A stretch of DNA of 64,000 bases from Candidatus Hadarchaeales archaeon (GTDB taxonomy: Archaea > Hadarchaeota > Hadarchaeia > Hadarchaeales > Hadarchaeaceae), in assembly GCA_038872135.1 (NCBI GenBank), contig JAVZGN010000003.1, forward strand, positions 31,407 through 95,406, written 5' to 3'. The notes beneath the pieces were generated by a model. It did not search any database, had not been told where the DNA came from, and saw only the letters and a list, made by a program, of their open reading frames with translations. Both the position numbers and the translations under genes were made by a program. This document shows, piece by piece, positions 8,042-16,809 of the stretch; the stretch's first letter is position 1; each line of letters starts with the position of its first letter.

Positions 8042-8892
8042 TTCACCCCAAGAAGCTCCTTCAGCCCCCTCTCCACCAAGACTCCTGCCATGTGGAGTCT
8101 ATACTCTCTGCTCGCCCGCACATCAGAGATCGGGGAAATCTTTGCACGAACAGTCTCCACAGTCTTCTTGATTTTCTCTTCCACCGAGCCCTCCTCCCTA
8201 AAAATCTTTCCAACCTCCTCGATTAAAATCGGGGTTTTGTAAACCGATGAAAGGGCTATTCGAACATCTCTCCCGCCGTCGGCCACCAGCAGTGCAACCC
8301 CAACAACAGCGAGATCCTCACCCCTCGTCCTTCCCCACTTCAGATATCTCCCAACGCTTTCTTTTGGCGGCTCTGGAATGATAACGGCTGTGACCAGCTC
8401 ATTTGGTCCAACGATCGTGCGCTTTACCCCCACAAAAAACTGCCTGATGGGAACTCGGCGCACCCCGGCTTTCCCCGCAACCTCCACCTCAGCGTTGAGG
8501 ACAAGAAGAGCTGGAGCCGTGTCTGCCGCTGGCGAGGCGTTGCAGATATTCCCCACCAGCGTTGCCCTTTGCCTGAGGATGGGATCTGCAAGGACCCTGG
8601 CGGCGTCCCAAAGAACATGAAACTTTTCTCTCACGATCTCGCTCTTGAGAAGCTGGGCAAGAGTAGCTGTTGCACCGATTCTGAGCCCCGCCCTCTCAGA
8701 GTAGGAAATCTCACCGAGCTCTTCCACCCCTTTTAAATCTATAACGTGTTTCGGCCTGAGAATTCTATCTCTCATCAGGACGAAAAGATCTGTGCCACCG
8801 GCAAAAACCTTTGCTTTCTCCCCATACATTTCCAGCAGCCCAACTGCCTCTTCAACAGTGCTGGGCCTGTGGTAATCGAATTTCGTCATCAT
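8038..8892 (-). CDS. Mo-hydroxylase FAD-binding medium subunit (CoxM-like)
   Basis: AGGTDL, ATLVGNICNASPAAD, DVRASREYR. Confidence 0.93.
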   Translation of the reverse strand: MMTKFDYHRPSTVEEAVGLLEMYGEKAKVFAGGTDLFVLMRDRILRPKHVIDLKGVEELGEISYSERAGLRIGATATLAQLLKSEIVREKFHVLWDAARVLADPILRQRATLVGNICNASPAADTAPALLVLNAEVEVAGKAGVRRVPIRQFFVGVKRTIVGPNELVTAVIIPEPPKESVGRYLKWGRTRGEDLAVVGVALLVADGGRDVRIALSSVYKTPILIEEVGKIFREEGSVEEKIKKTVETVRAKISPISDVRASREYRLHMAGVLVERGLKELLGVK

Positions 8893-11204
8893 CTTCTTTC
8901 CCTACTCAACTTTTTCCAGATCCTCTCCCTCGACAGCGGGAGGTCAAAGAAATCTACGCCCACAGCATCGTAAATGGCGTTTGCCACTGCCGCTGCAACT
9001 CCTATGGTCGGGTGCTCGCCTATCCCCCTCGCCCCATAGGGAGCGTTACGCTGGGGATTTTCTATCAAGATCGGGACAAATTTTTCCGGGATGTCTTGGC
9101 TCCTGAAAATTTTATAATCGGTGAGGTTGTTGTTCAAGAGCTTTCCTTTTTCATCAAAGATAAACTCCTCCATCATTGTTGTCCCGAGACCCTGAACAAC
9201 CCCTCCGTAAATCTGCCCCTTCACAAGCAGCGGGTTCAGGGCCTTCCCGAGGTCCAGCGCCGTTACTATTTTCAGAATTCTCAAATCCCCAGTTTCAGGA
9301 TCAACCTCCACTTCAGCTCCCTGAGCACCGAAGGTCCACATCAGGGCTGGTCTCCCCTGCCCAGTCTCGGAATCTAGAAATGTCAGGCCTTCTGCGGTAT
9401 AGTATCCATATCCAAGGAGCGGCCCCTTTATTCCTCTCCCATCTGGCAGGATCCCGGCGGTTGCGATGGTGGCAAAAGAAACGCTCTTCTCAGGCTCCCT
9501 CTTCACATAGACTTTCCCACCGCCAACCTCAAGCCCCGTCACCGGTACTCCAAGGAGAATGCTAGCGGTTTCCTTCATCTTGTTCTTTAGATCTTCGATT
9601 GCCATCAGGACAGCATTTCCATCCATGAAGCTTCCCCGGCTCGCGACAGTCTGCCAGGAGTAGGGGGAAGTGTCTGTGTTTCTTTCCCTCACAACGTCAA
9701 CTTGCTCCAAGGGGATTCCAAGACCTTCCGCGACCATCTGGGCAAAAGCCGTTTCAGTTCCCTGTCCCATCTCAGTGAGTCCTAGGGAAAGGACTACTGT
9801 CCCATCTTCGTTCACCTTCACGATAGCGGAGGAAGAAGTGTAAGAGGGCATGGCCGGACACTTCCACAGAGCCGCTATCCCGATTCCCCTGAATTTCCCT
9901 TTTTTTTCACCCCACCCAAGCTCCTTTGCAACTGCAATGAGACACTGATCAACCCGCCCACAGTCTTCCGCGAGCTTTTCTCCCGTCGGGGTTATCTTCC
10001 CCGGAAGTGCAGCATTCTTCAACCTGAATTCCAGTGGATCCATTCCAATTTCCCTAGCTACTATATCCATCTGGCGCTCTGTTGCCCAGTGAAACTCCAC
10101 ATGACCGAAGCCTCTGTAAGCCGTCCCATATGGATGATTTGTGTAAACAGTGATGCTGTCGCACTTCACATTTGGAATATCATATGGCCCAGTGCATGCG
10201 TACCCTCCAGCCCTTCCAACATTTACAGCATAATCCGCATATGCTCCAGAGTCCCAGATGTAGAGAATTTCTTCAGCAGTGATCCTTCCATCTCTTTTAA
10301 CGCCAGTTTTTATCTTTGCATACATCCCCTGTCTTACTGCTGCTGTGTTAAACTCCTCTTCCCTCGTCATCGTTAATTTCACCGGGCGGCCGCCGGCTTT
10401 CTTTGAGAGGAGGACCACGAGAGGCTCCCAGTGGAGACCTGCTTTTCCCCCAAAACCCCCACCGATGAATGGAACCCTGACTGTGATTCTGCTGGTGGGG
10501 ATATTCAGACCAGCGCTCAGAAGATGCCTCACCGCGAAGGGCGACTGGGCGCTCGTCCAGACAGTTATGTGGCCATCGGGACCCCACTGCCCAATGCTTA
10601 TATGAGGCTCCATCTGGACATTCTGGACCATCGGCTGGCTGAACTCATTCTCCACAACAACATCTGCCTCTTTAAAACCCTTCTCAACGTCCCCTTTCCT
10701 CAGCTTAAAGTGGTTGGCTATGTTTGTTCCAGGTTTTGGATAGATGAATGGGGCGTGGAAGTATTCGCCGAGATCCTCGTGAACAAGCGGAGCTCCTTCT
10801 TTTAAGGCTTCCCTAGGATCAAAAACCGCCGGGAGCTCCTCATATTCGACCTCGACGAGTTCAACCGCATCCTCAGCAATTTCCTCTGTATCCGCCGCTA
10901 TCGCAACAACTGGTTCTCCAAGATATCTCGCCTTTTTTCTCGCCAGCACATATTTGTCAGACATATAAATTCCAAATCTGTAAGGAAGTTCTGCCCCTGT
11001 GAGGACGGCCCTGACCCCCGGCAGGCGCTCCGCCCTGGAGGTATCGATCTTAACTATTCTCGCATGGGCGTATGGGCTTTTGAGAAGGCGTGCATAGAGC
11101 ATCCCGGGGAGCTTTATATCAGCGGTGTAGATTGCGCTCCCAGTAACTTTTTCAACGGCATCTATGCGGGGAACTTCCTTGCCCACATACCTCGGTCCTT
11201 CCAT
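8889..11204 (-). CDS. Xanthine dehydrogenase-family molybdopterin-binding large subunit
   Basis: GGGFGGK, AYRGFG, EMGQG, catalytic GIGE; ATG at 11204 (MEGPRYVGK) preferred over TTG at 11279. Confidence 0.92.
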   Translation of the reverse strand: MEGPRYVGKEVPRIDAVEKVTGSAIYTADIKLPGMLYARLLKSPYAHARIVKIDTSRAERLPGVRAVLTGAELPYRFGIYMSDKYVLARKKARYLGEPVVAIAADTEEIAEDAVELVEVEYEELPAVFDPREALKEGAPLVHEDLGEYFHAPFIYPKPGTNIANHFKLRKGDVEKGFKEADVVVENEFSQPMVQNVQMEPHISIGQWGPDGHITVWTSAQSPFAVRHLLSAGLNIPTSRITVRVPFIGGGFGGKAGLHWEPLVVLLSKKAGGRPVKLTMTREEEFNTAAVRQGMYAKIKTGVKRDGRITAEEILYIWDSGAYADYAVNVGRAGGYACTGPYDIPNVKCDSITVYTNHPYGTAYRGFGHVEFHWATERQMDIVAREIGMDPLEFRLKNAALPGKITPTGEKLAEDCGRVDQCLIAVAKELGWGEKKGKFRGIGIAALWKCPAMPSYTSSSAIVKVNEDGTVVLSLGLTEMGQGTETAFAQMVAEGLGIPLEQVDVVRERNTDTSPYSWQTVASRGSFMDGNAVLMAIEDLKNKMKETASILLGVPVTGLEVGGGKVYVKREPEKSVSFATIATAGILPDGRGIKGPLLGYGYYTAEGLTFLDSETGQGRPALMWTFGAQGAEVEVDPETGDLRILKIVTALDLGKALNPLLVKGQIYGGVVQGLGTTMMEEFIFDEKGKLLNNNLTDYKIFRSQDIPEKFVPILIENPQRNAPYGARGIGEHPTIGVAAAVANAIYDAVGVDFFDLPLSRERIWKKLSRERR

Positions 11205-11285
11205 CCTTCCACTCACACTTTTCTCCAATCGTTTAAAGTCTTTACCGAGCGCCGAGATTTCCACAGAGCGTGCCAGCAATGTTTT

Positions 11286-11525
11286 CTAAAGCATCCGGGC
11301 AGGATTTCTCCCCGTGCCTCCATCAACGGTCGGCACCAGCACTATTTCATCCCCGCTTTTCAGAACAGTTTCTGCGGTGGCCGGGACTCCATTTACATTT
11401 ATGAGAGCTATGGAGGCCGGATGGTACTTCAACTTCTCCATGAGATCTCTCACCATAGCTCCATCTCCAATTTCCACTTCTTCCCATCCCTTGCTAGCGG
11501 CCAGCCGCACCCTGACTTTCATCAC
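11286..11525 (-). CDS. MoaD/ThiS/SAMP-like ubiquitin-fold protein with extension after GG
   Basis: INVNG...LKSGDEIVLVPTVDGG followed by TGRNPARML. Confidence 0.85.
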   Translation of the reverse strand: MMKVRVRLAASKGWEEVEIGDGAMVRDLMEKLKYHPASIALINVNGVPATAETVLKSGDEIVLVPTVDGGTGRNPARML

Positions 11526-11589
11526 TAAAACTTCTCCAAGGATTAATAAGTTAGTTTTTTAAATGTCTCGGCGGATTTCAAGTGAGAGC

Positions 11590-12060
11590 ATGAAAATCGC
11601 CATCCAAGGGCTCGGTGAAGTCCCAGTTCCGATTGTCCTGGTGATGGAGAATGAGAAGCCCGATATTTCCCACATAATCTGCTCCCAGTATCAGCTGAGG
11701 CATGTGGCCACTGAAGCCGGATATTCAAAACCGAACAAAGAGGTAATCGATGAAGCTGCGGGAAGGCTTGGGATAAATGTTCAGTATCACGTCTGCGATG
11801 TTTTCAGCCCTCAAGAAGTTGGAAGGGTTATCGGAGATATCTTGGAAAAAATTGATACAAAAAATGATGAATTGATCATAAACTACACCGGTGGGAGCGC
11901 CGTGGTGAGACTCCTCCTTGGGACAGCAGGGATCATTTCCTCCACCCTGATGAAGGCGAAAGTGGTTTATGCAATAAGGTATCCCTCCGGAATTGTAAAG
12001 ACAGAGGATCACACGGAAGCCCTCAGGGACATCTTCAGGCGTCTTTCGATAATTCCATGA
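11590..12060 (+). CDS. Stand-alone CARF-like (Rossmann-fold) protein
   Basis: GLGEVPVP...KPD.SHIICS, and IINYTGGS resembling the CARF NxTGG motif; no effector domain. Confidence 0.6.
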   Translation: MKIAIQGLGEVPVPIVLVMENEKPDISHIICSQYQLRHVATEAGYSKPNKEVIDEAAGRLGINVQYHVCDVFSPQEVGRVIGDILEKIDTKNDELIINYTGGSAVVRLLLGTAGIISSTLMKAKVVYAIRYPSGIVKTEDHTEALRDIFRRLSIIP

Positions 12061-13301
12061 GGCCGATGGCTTTGCTTCTGCGCGAGTTCAAATGTCTGAA
12101 ATGCGGAAGAGTTTTGAAACCTGAAAGGAACCTTTATGTCTGCACAGCCTGCGGTGGGAAGATAGAAGCAGTTTACGATTATGAGAAAATCAAGCTGGAG
12201 AAAAAACATCTAGAGAAGCGCGCGCCAGGTGTCTGGAAGTACAAAGAACTCCTGCCGGCAGAAAAAAGGGTGACGCTTGGGGAGGGAGGAACCCCCCTTC
12301 TAAAGAGCGGGAAGCTTGCCGAAGAACTAGGATTGAAGAACCTCTACCTGAAAGATGAAACGAGAAATCCCACCGGCTCCTTCAAAGACAGGATGATGGC
12401 CGTCGGAGTCTCAAAGGCGGTTGAGTTTGGGGCGGAGGCTGTCGTGACTGCTTCCAGCGGCAACGCTGCGATTTCGCTGGCCGCTTATGCAGCAAACGCC
12501 GGCCTCACCTGCTATGCATTCGTCCCAGCGACGGCTCCAGAAAGCAAGATTGCACAGCTTTCAATGCACGGGGCGAAAGTCGTGAAGGTCGCCGGGAGAA
12601 GGAGAGGGGATCCAACCTATGAGATGATGATCGAGGGATGGAAGAGGTTTGGGTGGCACCCGATTCCCAGCGCGGGAGCATTCAATCCCTACCACTGGGA
12701 GGGAATAAAAACACTTTCCTATGAGGTCTGTGAGTCCCTCGGATGGAATTCTCCAGACTGGATTTTTGTGCCGACGGGAGCCGGGACCCTCCTTTCCGGT
12801 ACCGCAAAAGGATTCTTTGAATTCCAGCACCTCGGTCTCATAAAAGATCTCCCGAGGATCGTATGCGTTCAAGCAGCTGGCTGTGCTCCTTTAGTTAATG
12901 CTTTCAAGAAAAATATTCCTCCAGAAAAGATAGAGACCTGGCCAAGCCCAAAGACAGTTGCGGGGGGATTGATCGATCCATATCCATGGGACGCCAACAC
13001 AGCGTTGCCGGCGCTGAAAAAAACGGGAGGAACTGCTGTTGCGGTCACTGACAGAGAAATTCTGGAAGCAGAAAAATCGCTTGCAAGAAAAGAGGGAATT
13101 TTCGCTGAGCCATCTGGAGCAGCCGGAATTGCTGGGTTAAAAAAGCTTCTTGAGGAAGGCCTGATAGAAAAATCTGACATTGTCGTTGTCGAGATAACTG
13201 GAGCGGGCCTGAAAGACATAAAAACTGCGATGAAAATTTCCGAGCCCCCAACAACCATCAAGGGCAATCTTAAAGATCTGGAAAATATTCTTACGGCCTA
13301 A
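12057..13301 (+). CDS. thrC: Threonine synthase (PLP fold II)
   Basis: N-terminal CxxC...CxxC, LGEGGTPL, NPTGSFKDR, ASSGN, EPSGA. Confidence 0.88.
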   Translation: MRPMALLLREFKCLKCGRVLKPERNLYVCTACGGKIEAVYDYEKIKLEKKHLEKRAPGVWKYKELLPAEKRVTLGEGGTPLLKSGKLAEELGLKNLYLKDETRNPTGSFKDRMMAVGVSKAVEFGAEAVVTASSGNAAISLAAYAANAGLTCYAFVPATAPESKIAQLSMHGAKVVKVAGRRRGDPTYEMMIEGWKRFGWHPIPSAGAFNPYHWEGIKTLSYEVCESLGWNSPDWIFVPTGAGTLLSGTAKGFFEFQHLGLIKDLPRIVCVQAAGCAPLVNAFKKNIPPEKIETWPSPKTVAGGLIDPYPWDANTALPALKKTGGTAVAVTDREILEAEKSLARKEGIFAEPSGAAGIAGLKKLLEEGLIEKSDIVVVEITGAGLKDIKTAMKISEPPTTIKGNLKDLENILTA

Positions 13302-13302
13302 A

Positions 13303-13422
13303 TCACCCGAGTCTCCCCAGCTTTCGCTGCTTTATCCTGCGCATTTTTCTCCTCATCCTCTTCCTGACCCATTTCCACCTCATCCGCCTTCTCTTCTTCC
13401 ATTTCCTAGGCCGCTTTCCCAT
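13303..13422 (-). CDS. rpl41e: Ribosomal protein eL41 (L41e/eS32), 39 aa
   Basis: Manual translation MGKRPRKWKKRRRMRWKWVRKRMRRKMRRIKQRKLGRLG; contains the MRWKW..KR.RR signature; below the ORF track cut-off. Confidence 0.88.
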   Translation of the reverse strand: MGKRPRKWKKRRRMRWKWVRKRMRRKMRRIKQRKLGRLG

Positions 13423-13484
13423 AAAGCACCAACATCCAATCTGAGAGCTGTATTAAAACCTCTATGGAAGCTCGATGTTGAGTG

Positions 13485-14081
13485 TTACTTTGCGCAGCGG
13501 AAGAGGAAGAGCTCTTCAAATGGAAGCTTCTTCTGCAGAAAGTTGAATTTCAGCCCAGAGAGTTTTAGCATTTGGATGGTTTTCGGGATGTCTGACAAAG
13601 AGGATTGCACAAAAACCGCGCGCCCTCCTAGCTCCAAGTGCTCTGGGAATTCTTGGAGAAATCTCTCGATGACCCTCCTTCCATCGACGCCGCCATCCCA
13701 AGCCTTTTCCAGCCATCCTCCCTTTGCTTCCTCGGGATCGGTGGGCAGATAGGGAGGATTGAAAATTATCTGGTTAAAGCGTTCCCCCTTCACAGGTTTG
13801 AAGAGATCCCCGATCCTGAAATCAATTTTTCCGTCAACTCCATTCGCCGCGGCATTTCTTCTTGCACACTCTATGGCTACTGGGTTTATATCTGTGGCAA
13901 CTACATTTCCCCCTGCTTTTGCTGCGATAACCGCTAGCATCCCACACCCAGTTCCCAGCTCAAGTACTTTCTCTCCAGCCCTGACCTCAAGATTCTCCGC
14001 GAGAAAAAATGTGTCCTCCGCTGGCTCATAGACATCTGGAAGAACTGAGAACCGTAGCTCCCTCCAATAAACAATCTTCAC
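13485..14081 (-). CDS. HemK2/MTQ2-family methyltransferase
   Basis: VYEPAEDT, LELGTGCG, NPPYLP, WDGG; GTG start at 14081 inferred. Confidence 0.9.
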   Translation of the reverse strand: MKIVYWRELRFSVLPDVYEPAEDTFFLAENLEVRAGEKVLELGTGCGMLAVIAAKAGGNVVATDINPVAIECARRNAAANGVDGKIDFRIGDLFKPVKGERFNQIIFNPPYLPTDPEEAKGGWLEKAWDGGVDGRRVIERFLQEFPEHLELGGRAVFVQSSLSDIPKTIQMLKLSGLKFNFLQKKLPFEELFLFRCAK

Positions 14082-14103
14082 TTCTGGGGCAGGAGCTGGA
14101 GGT

Positions 14104-14622
14104 TCACATGAACTTCCTGTAAATTCTTTTGAGTTCTTCCTCAGCACTTTCATGAACGGCCACGAGCGAGATGGCAGTTTTTTCCACACTTTCATTAAAG
14201 ATGAAGGGGGTTGTTGCTTTCTTCTCAAGCTCCTTGAACTCTCTTATCAGACGGATCGACTCCATTACCTCCCTCTCGATTATATTGAAATATTTCGCGC
14301 CATTGAACTGCTTCTGGGGAGGAGCCTCTGCAGCGGGAGTTTCTTTCACCATCGGCCTTCCGAGTACCCTTTCAACAAGGGGTCTGATATTCTCGGTTTC
14401 TTCTTTCATCTTTTCCCTCGTTGCTTCAAGCTGGGTCGCCCACTCAGTCAGGCTTGTTTTTCTCGTCCTCATGTATCTTTCATATGCTCTACTGAACTTC
14501 TCCATTGCCACCAAATAGTCGTAAAGTCTACGTATGTATTTGGAGGCAACGGCCTCCATGGGTGCTGGTTTCTCCGCTTTTTTTGCCCCCGCCTTTGGCT
14601 GAGTCTTGGCGGCTTTTGCCAT
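14104..14622 (-). CDS. Hypothetical helical protein
   Basis: 172-aa ORF with a charged, helical composition; co-oriented with the hemK2-like gene. Confidence 0.65.
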   Translation of the reverse strand: MAKAAKTQPKAGAKKAEKPAPMEAVASKYIRRLYDYLVAMEKFSRAYERYMRTRKTSLTEWATQLEATREKMKEETENIRPLVERVLGRPMVKETPAAEAPPQKQFNGAKYFNIIEREVMESIRLIREFKELEKKATTPFIFNESVEKTAISLVAVHESAEEELKRIYRKFM

Positions 14623-14704
14623 CGATAAAACTGTTTCCCCGGCTTTAAATCCATTTCCGGAAAAGAGTGAAAACCCTTTTTTGACCGGAGCGAATGTATT
14701 GTTG

Positions 14705-14782
14705 GCGGCAGTAGTCTAGCTTGGTCTAGGACACGTGCCTGCCACGCACGTGACGCGGGTTCAAATCCCGCCTGCCGCACCA
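14705..14782 (+). tRNA. tRNA-Gly(GCC), no intron, encoded CCA
   Basis: GCGGCAG/CTGCCGC acceptor stem; CGTGC-CTGCCAC-GCACG anticodon arm; GGTTCAAATC T-loop. Confidence 0.96.
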
Positions 14783-14889
14783 CAAAAGATCATGAGAAAT
14801 CTCCGCCTATTATTCCTAACAGTTATATTAAAAGCAAAAATATAAATAATGGGATTATCATCAGTATTGTTGATCATGGAGGAGAAAAA

Positions 14890-16395
14890 ATGGCCGAAAT
14901 TCAAAGGTCTGTGGAGGAGATAAATGAGAAGATCCGGCGCGGTGATGCCGTCGTAGTGACTGCAGAAGAAATGGCAGCGTTAGTCAAAGAAAGAGGCGTC
15001 ACAAAGGCTGCAGAAGAGGTTGATGTTGTGACGACTGGGACATTTGGACCGATGTGCAGCTCTGGTGCATTTCTCAACTTCGGCCATGCAGATCCTCCCA
15101 TCAAGCTGGGGGGAGGCGAGATATATCTAAACGATGTGCCGGCATACGCCGGGCTCGCCGCCGTCGATACCTATATCGGTGCCACATCCATCTCCAGAAC
15201 CAAAGGCTTGGAGTATGGTGGAGGGCATGTGATAGAAGATTTGGTTCGCGGTAAAGAGATAGAGCTACGAGGCACCGGCTACGGGACAGACTGCTACCCG
15301 AGAAGAGAAATAGAAACCACGATCACGATCCACGATCTCAACCAGGCAATTTTCTGCTCCCCCAGAAACGCCTACCAGCGTTACAATGCAGCGACAAACT
15401 CACGCAATGAAATAATCTACACCTACATGGGGACCCTTTTGCCAAATTTTGGTAATGTAACATTTTCTGGGTCTGGTGTGTTGAGCCCGCTAGGAAAGGA
15501 TCCCGACTATAAGACGATTGGAATTGGAACTAGGATTTTCGTGGGCGGTGGTCAGGGCTACATTGCTTGGGAGGGAACCCAGCACAATCCCCAGGAAGCT
15601 TTTGGGACGATTACGGCGATTGGCGACTTAAAGCAAATGAACCCCAGATATCTGCGTGGTTGCACCATCCACAAATATGGGACATCCCTTTTTGTTGGAA
15701 TAGGAATTCCGATTCCTGTGCTGAATGAAGAAATCGCTAGAAAAGCTGGCACAGATGAATCCGAAATAAAAACACGCATCCTGGACTATGGGGTTTCCAG
15801 AAGGGTTAGGCCAGTCGTCCGAGAGGTTTCATATGCAGAGCTGAGAAGTGGGAAAGTTGAAATAGGTGGAAAGGAAGTGCCGGTGAGCCCTTTGAGCAGC
15901 TTCAAGATGGCCAGGGAGATTGCAAATATTCTGAAGCGGTGGATAGAGAAAGGAGAATTCTTCTTGACAGTCCCAGTTCAGAGGCTACCAATGGAAAGAG
16001 CATTTAAACCGATGAAGCAGACGGCTCCCGTAAAATTTGCAAAAGAGGCAATGACTCAGGAAATCGTGACGGCCAGACCAGAAGACCCCATAACTCTCGC
16101 CGCCAAGATTTTCGCGGAGCGAGGGTTCGATCATCTTCCAATCACAGATCACTCGGGAAAGCTTGTGGGAATAGTGACTTCATGGGATGTTGCCGTATCT
16201 GTTGGAACTGGCAAGAAAAAATTGGCCGAAATAATGACTACTAAAGTCATCACAGTAAATGAGAACGAAACGTTAGACGCTGCTATAAGGAAACTTGAAA
16301 AATTCAAAATCTCTGGAATGCCTGTGGTAGACGAAAGTGGGAGGCTTAAGGGGATCATAACCGCGGAGGACATAGCCAAGCTATTGGGGAGGTGA
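14890..16395 (+). CDS. L-aspartate semialdehyde sulfurtransferase (DUF39 plus CBS pair), homocysteine biosynthesis
   Basis: VDVVTTGTFGPMCSSGA, GLAAVD, GTDCYPR; C-terminal CBS domains. Confidence 0.9.
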   Translation: MAEIQRSVEEINEKIRRGDAVVVTAEEMAALVKERGVTKAAEEVDVVTTGTFGPMCSSGAFLNFGHADPPIKLGGGEIYLNDVPAYAGLAAVDTYIGATSISRTKGLEYGGGHVIEDLVRGKEIELRGTGYGTDCYPRREIETTITIHDLNQAIFCSPRNAYQRYNAATNSRNEIIYTYMGTLLPNFGNVTFSGSGVLSPLGKDPDYKTIGIGTRIFVGGGQGYIAWEGTQHNPQEAFGTITAIGDLKQMNPRYLRGCTIHKYGTSLFVGIGIPIPVLNEEIARKAGTDESEIKTRILDYGVSRRVRPVVREVSYAELRSGKVEIGGKEVPVSPLSSFKMAREIANILKRWIEKGEFFLTVPVQRLPMERAFKPMKQTAPVKFAKEAMTQEIVTARPEDPITLAAKIFAERGFDHLPITDHSGKLVGIVTSWDVAVSVGTGKKKLAEIMTTKVITVNENETLDAAIRKLEKFKISGMPVVDESGRLKGIITAEDIAKLLGR

Positions 16396-16399
16396 AACG

Positions 16400-16804
16400 A
16401 TGAAAAAAAGATTTCTTTTGCGGTATTCTCCAGCGAGAGCCGCGGAGCCTATTCTCTCCTGGGTGATAAAGGAAACCGGGGTGCTTTTGAACATCTTGTA
16501 CGCAGAGTTCCGCACGCAGGGAGGGGAAATACTGATTGCAACAGACGCTCAACCCGAGGAGATACAGAGAGTCGTGGATCTTTTCCGGCAAAAGGGTGTG
16601 GAGATTCTCGAGATAAAAGAAGCAATCCGACTAGACCGGGAGTCCTGTGTGGACTGTGGTGCCTGTCTCTCCCTCTGCCCCACAAGAGCCCTCTACATGG
16701 ATGATGAGAAATCCGTCTGCCTCGATGAAGAGAAATGCATCTACTGCAAGCTCTGCGTGCCGGCCTGTCCTGTGCGGGCGCTTGCAGCTCCAAAGTTTGA
16801 GTGA
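16400..16804 (+). CDS. NIL-domain 2x[4Fe-4S] ferredoxin (partner of DUF39)
   Basis: NILYA; CVDCGACLSLCP and CIYCKLCVPACP. Confidence 0.9.
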   Translation: MKKRFLLRYSPARAAEPILSWVIKETGVLLNILYAEFRTQGGEILIATDAQPEEIQRVVDLFRQKGVEILEIKEAIRLDRESCVDCGACLSLCPTRALYMDDEKSVCLDEEKCIYCKLCVPACPVRALAAPKFE

Positions 16805-16809
16805 TCTCC

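Noticed and set aside
8889-11204. Aerobic CO dehydrogenase CoxL
   Set aside because: Lacks the AYxCSFR motif; the loop reads AYRGFG
14082-14228. Long N-terminus of the HemK2 ORF
   Set aside because: Overlaps the upstream gene; family similarity begins near GTG 14081
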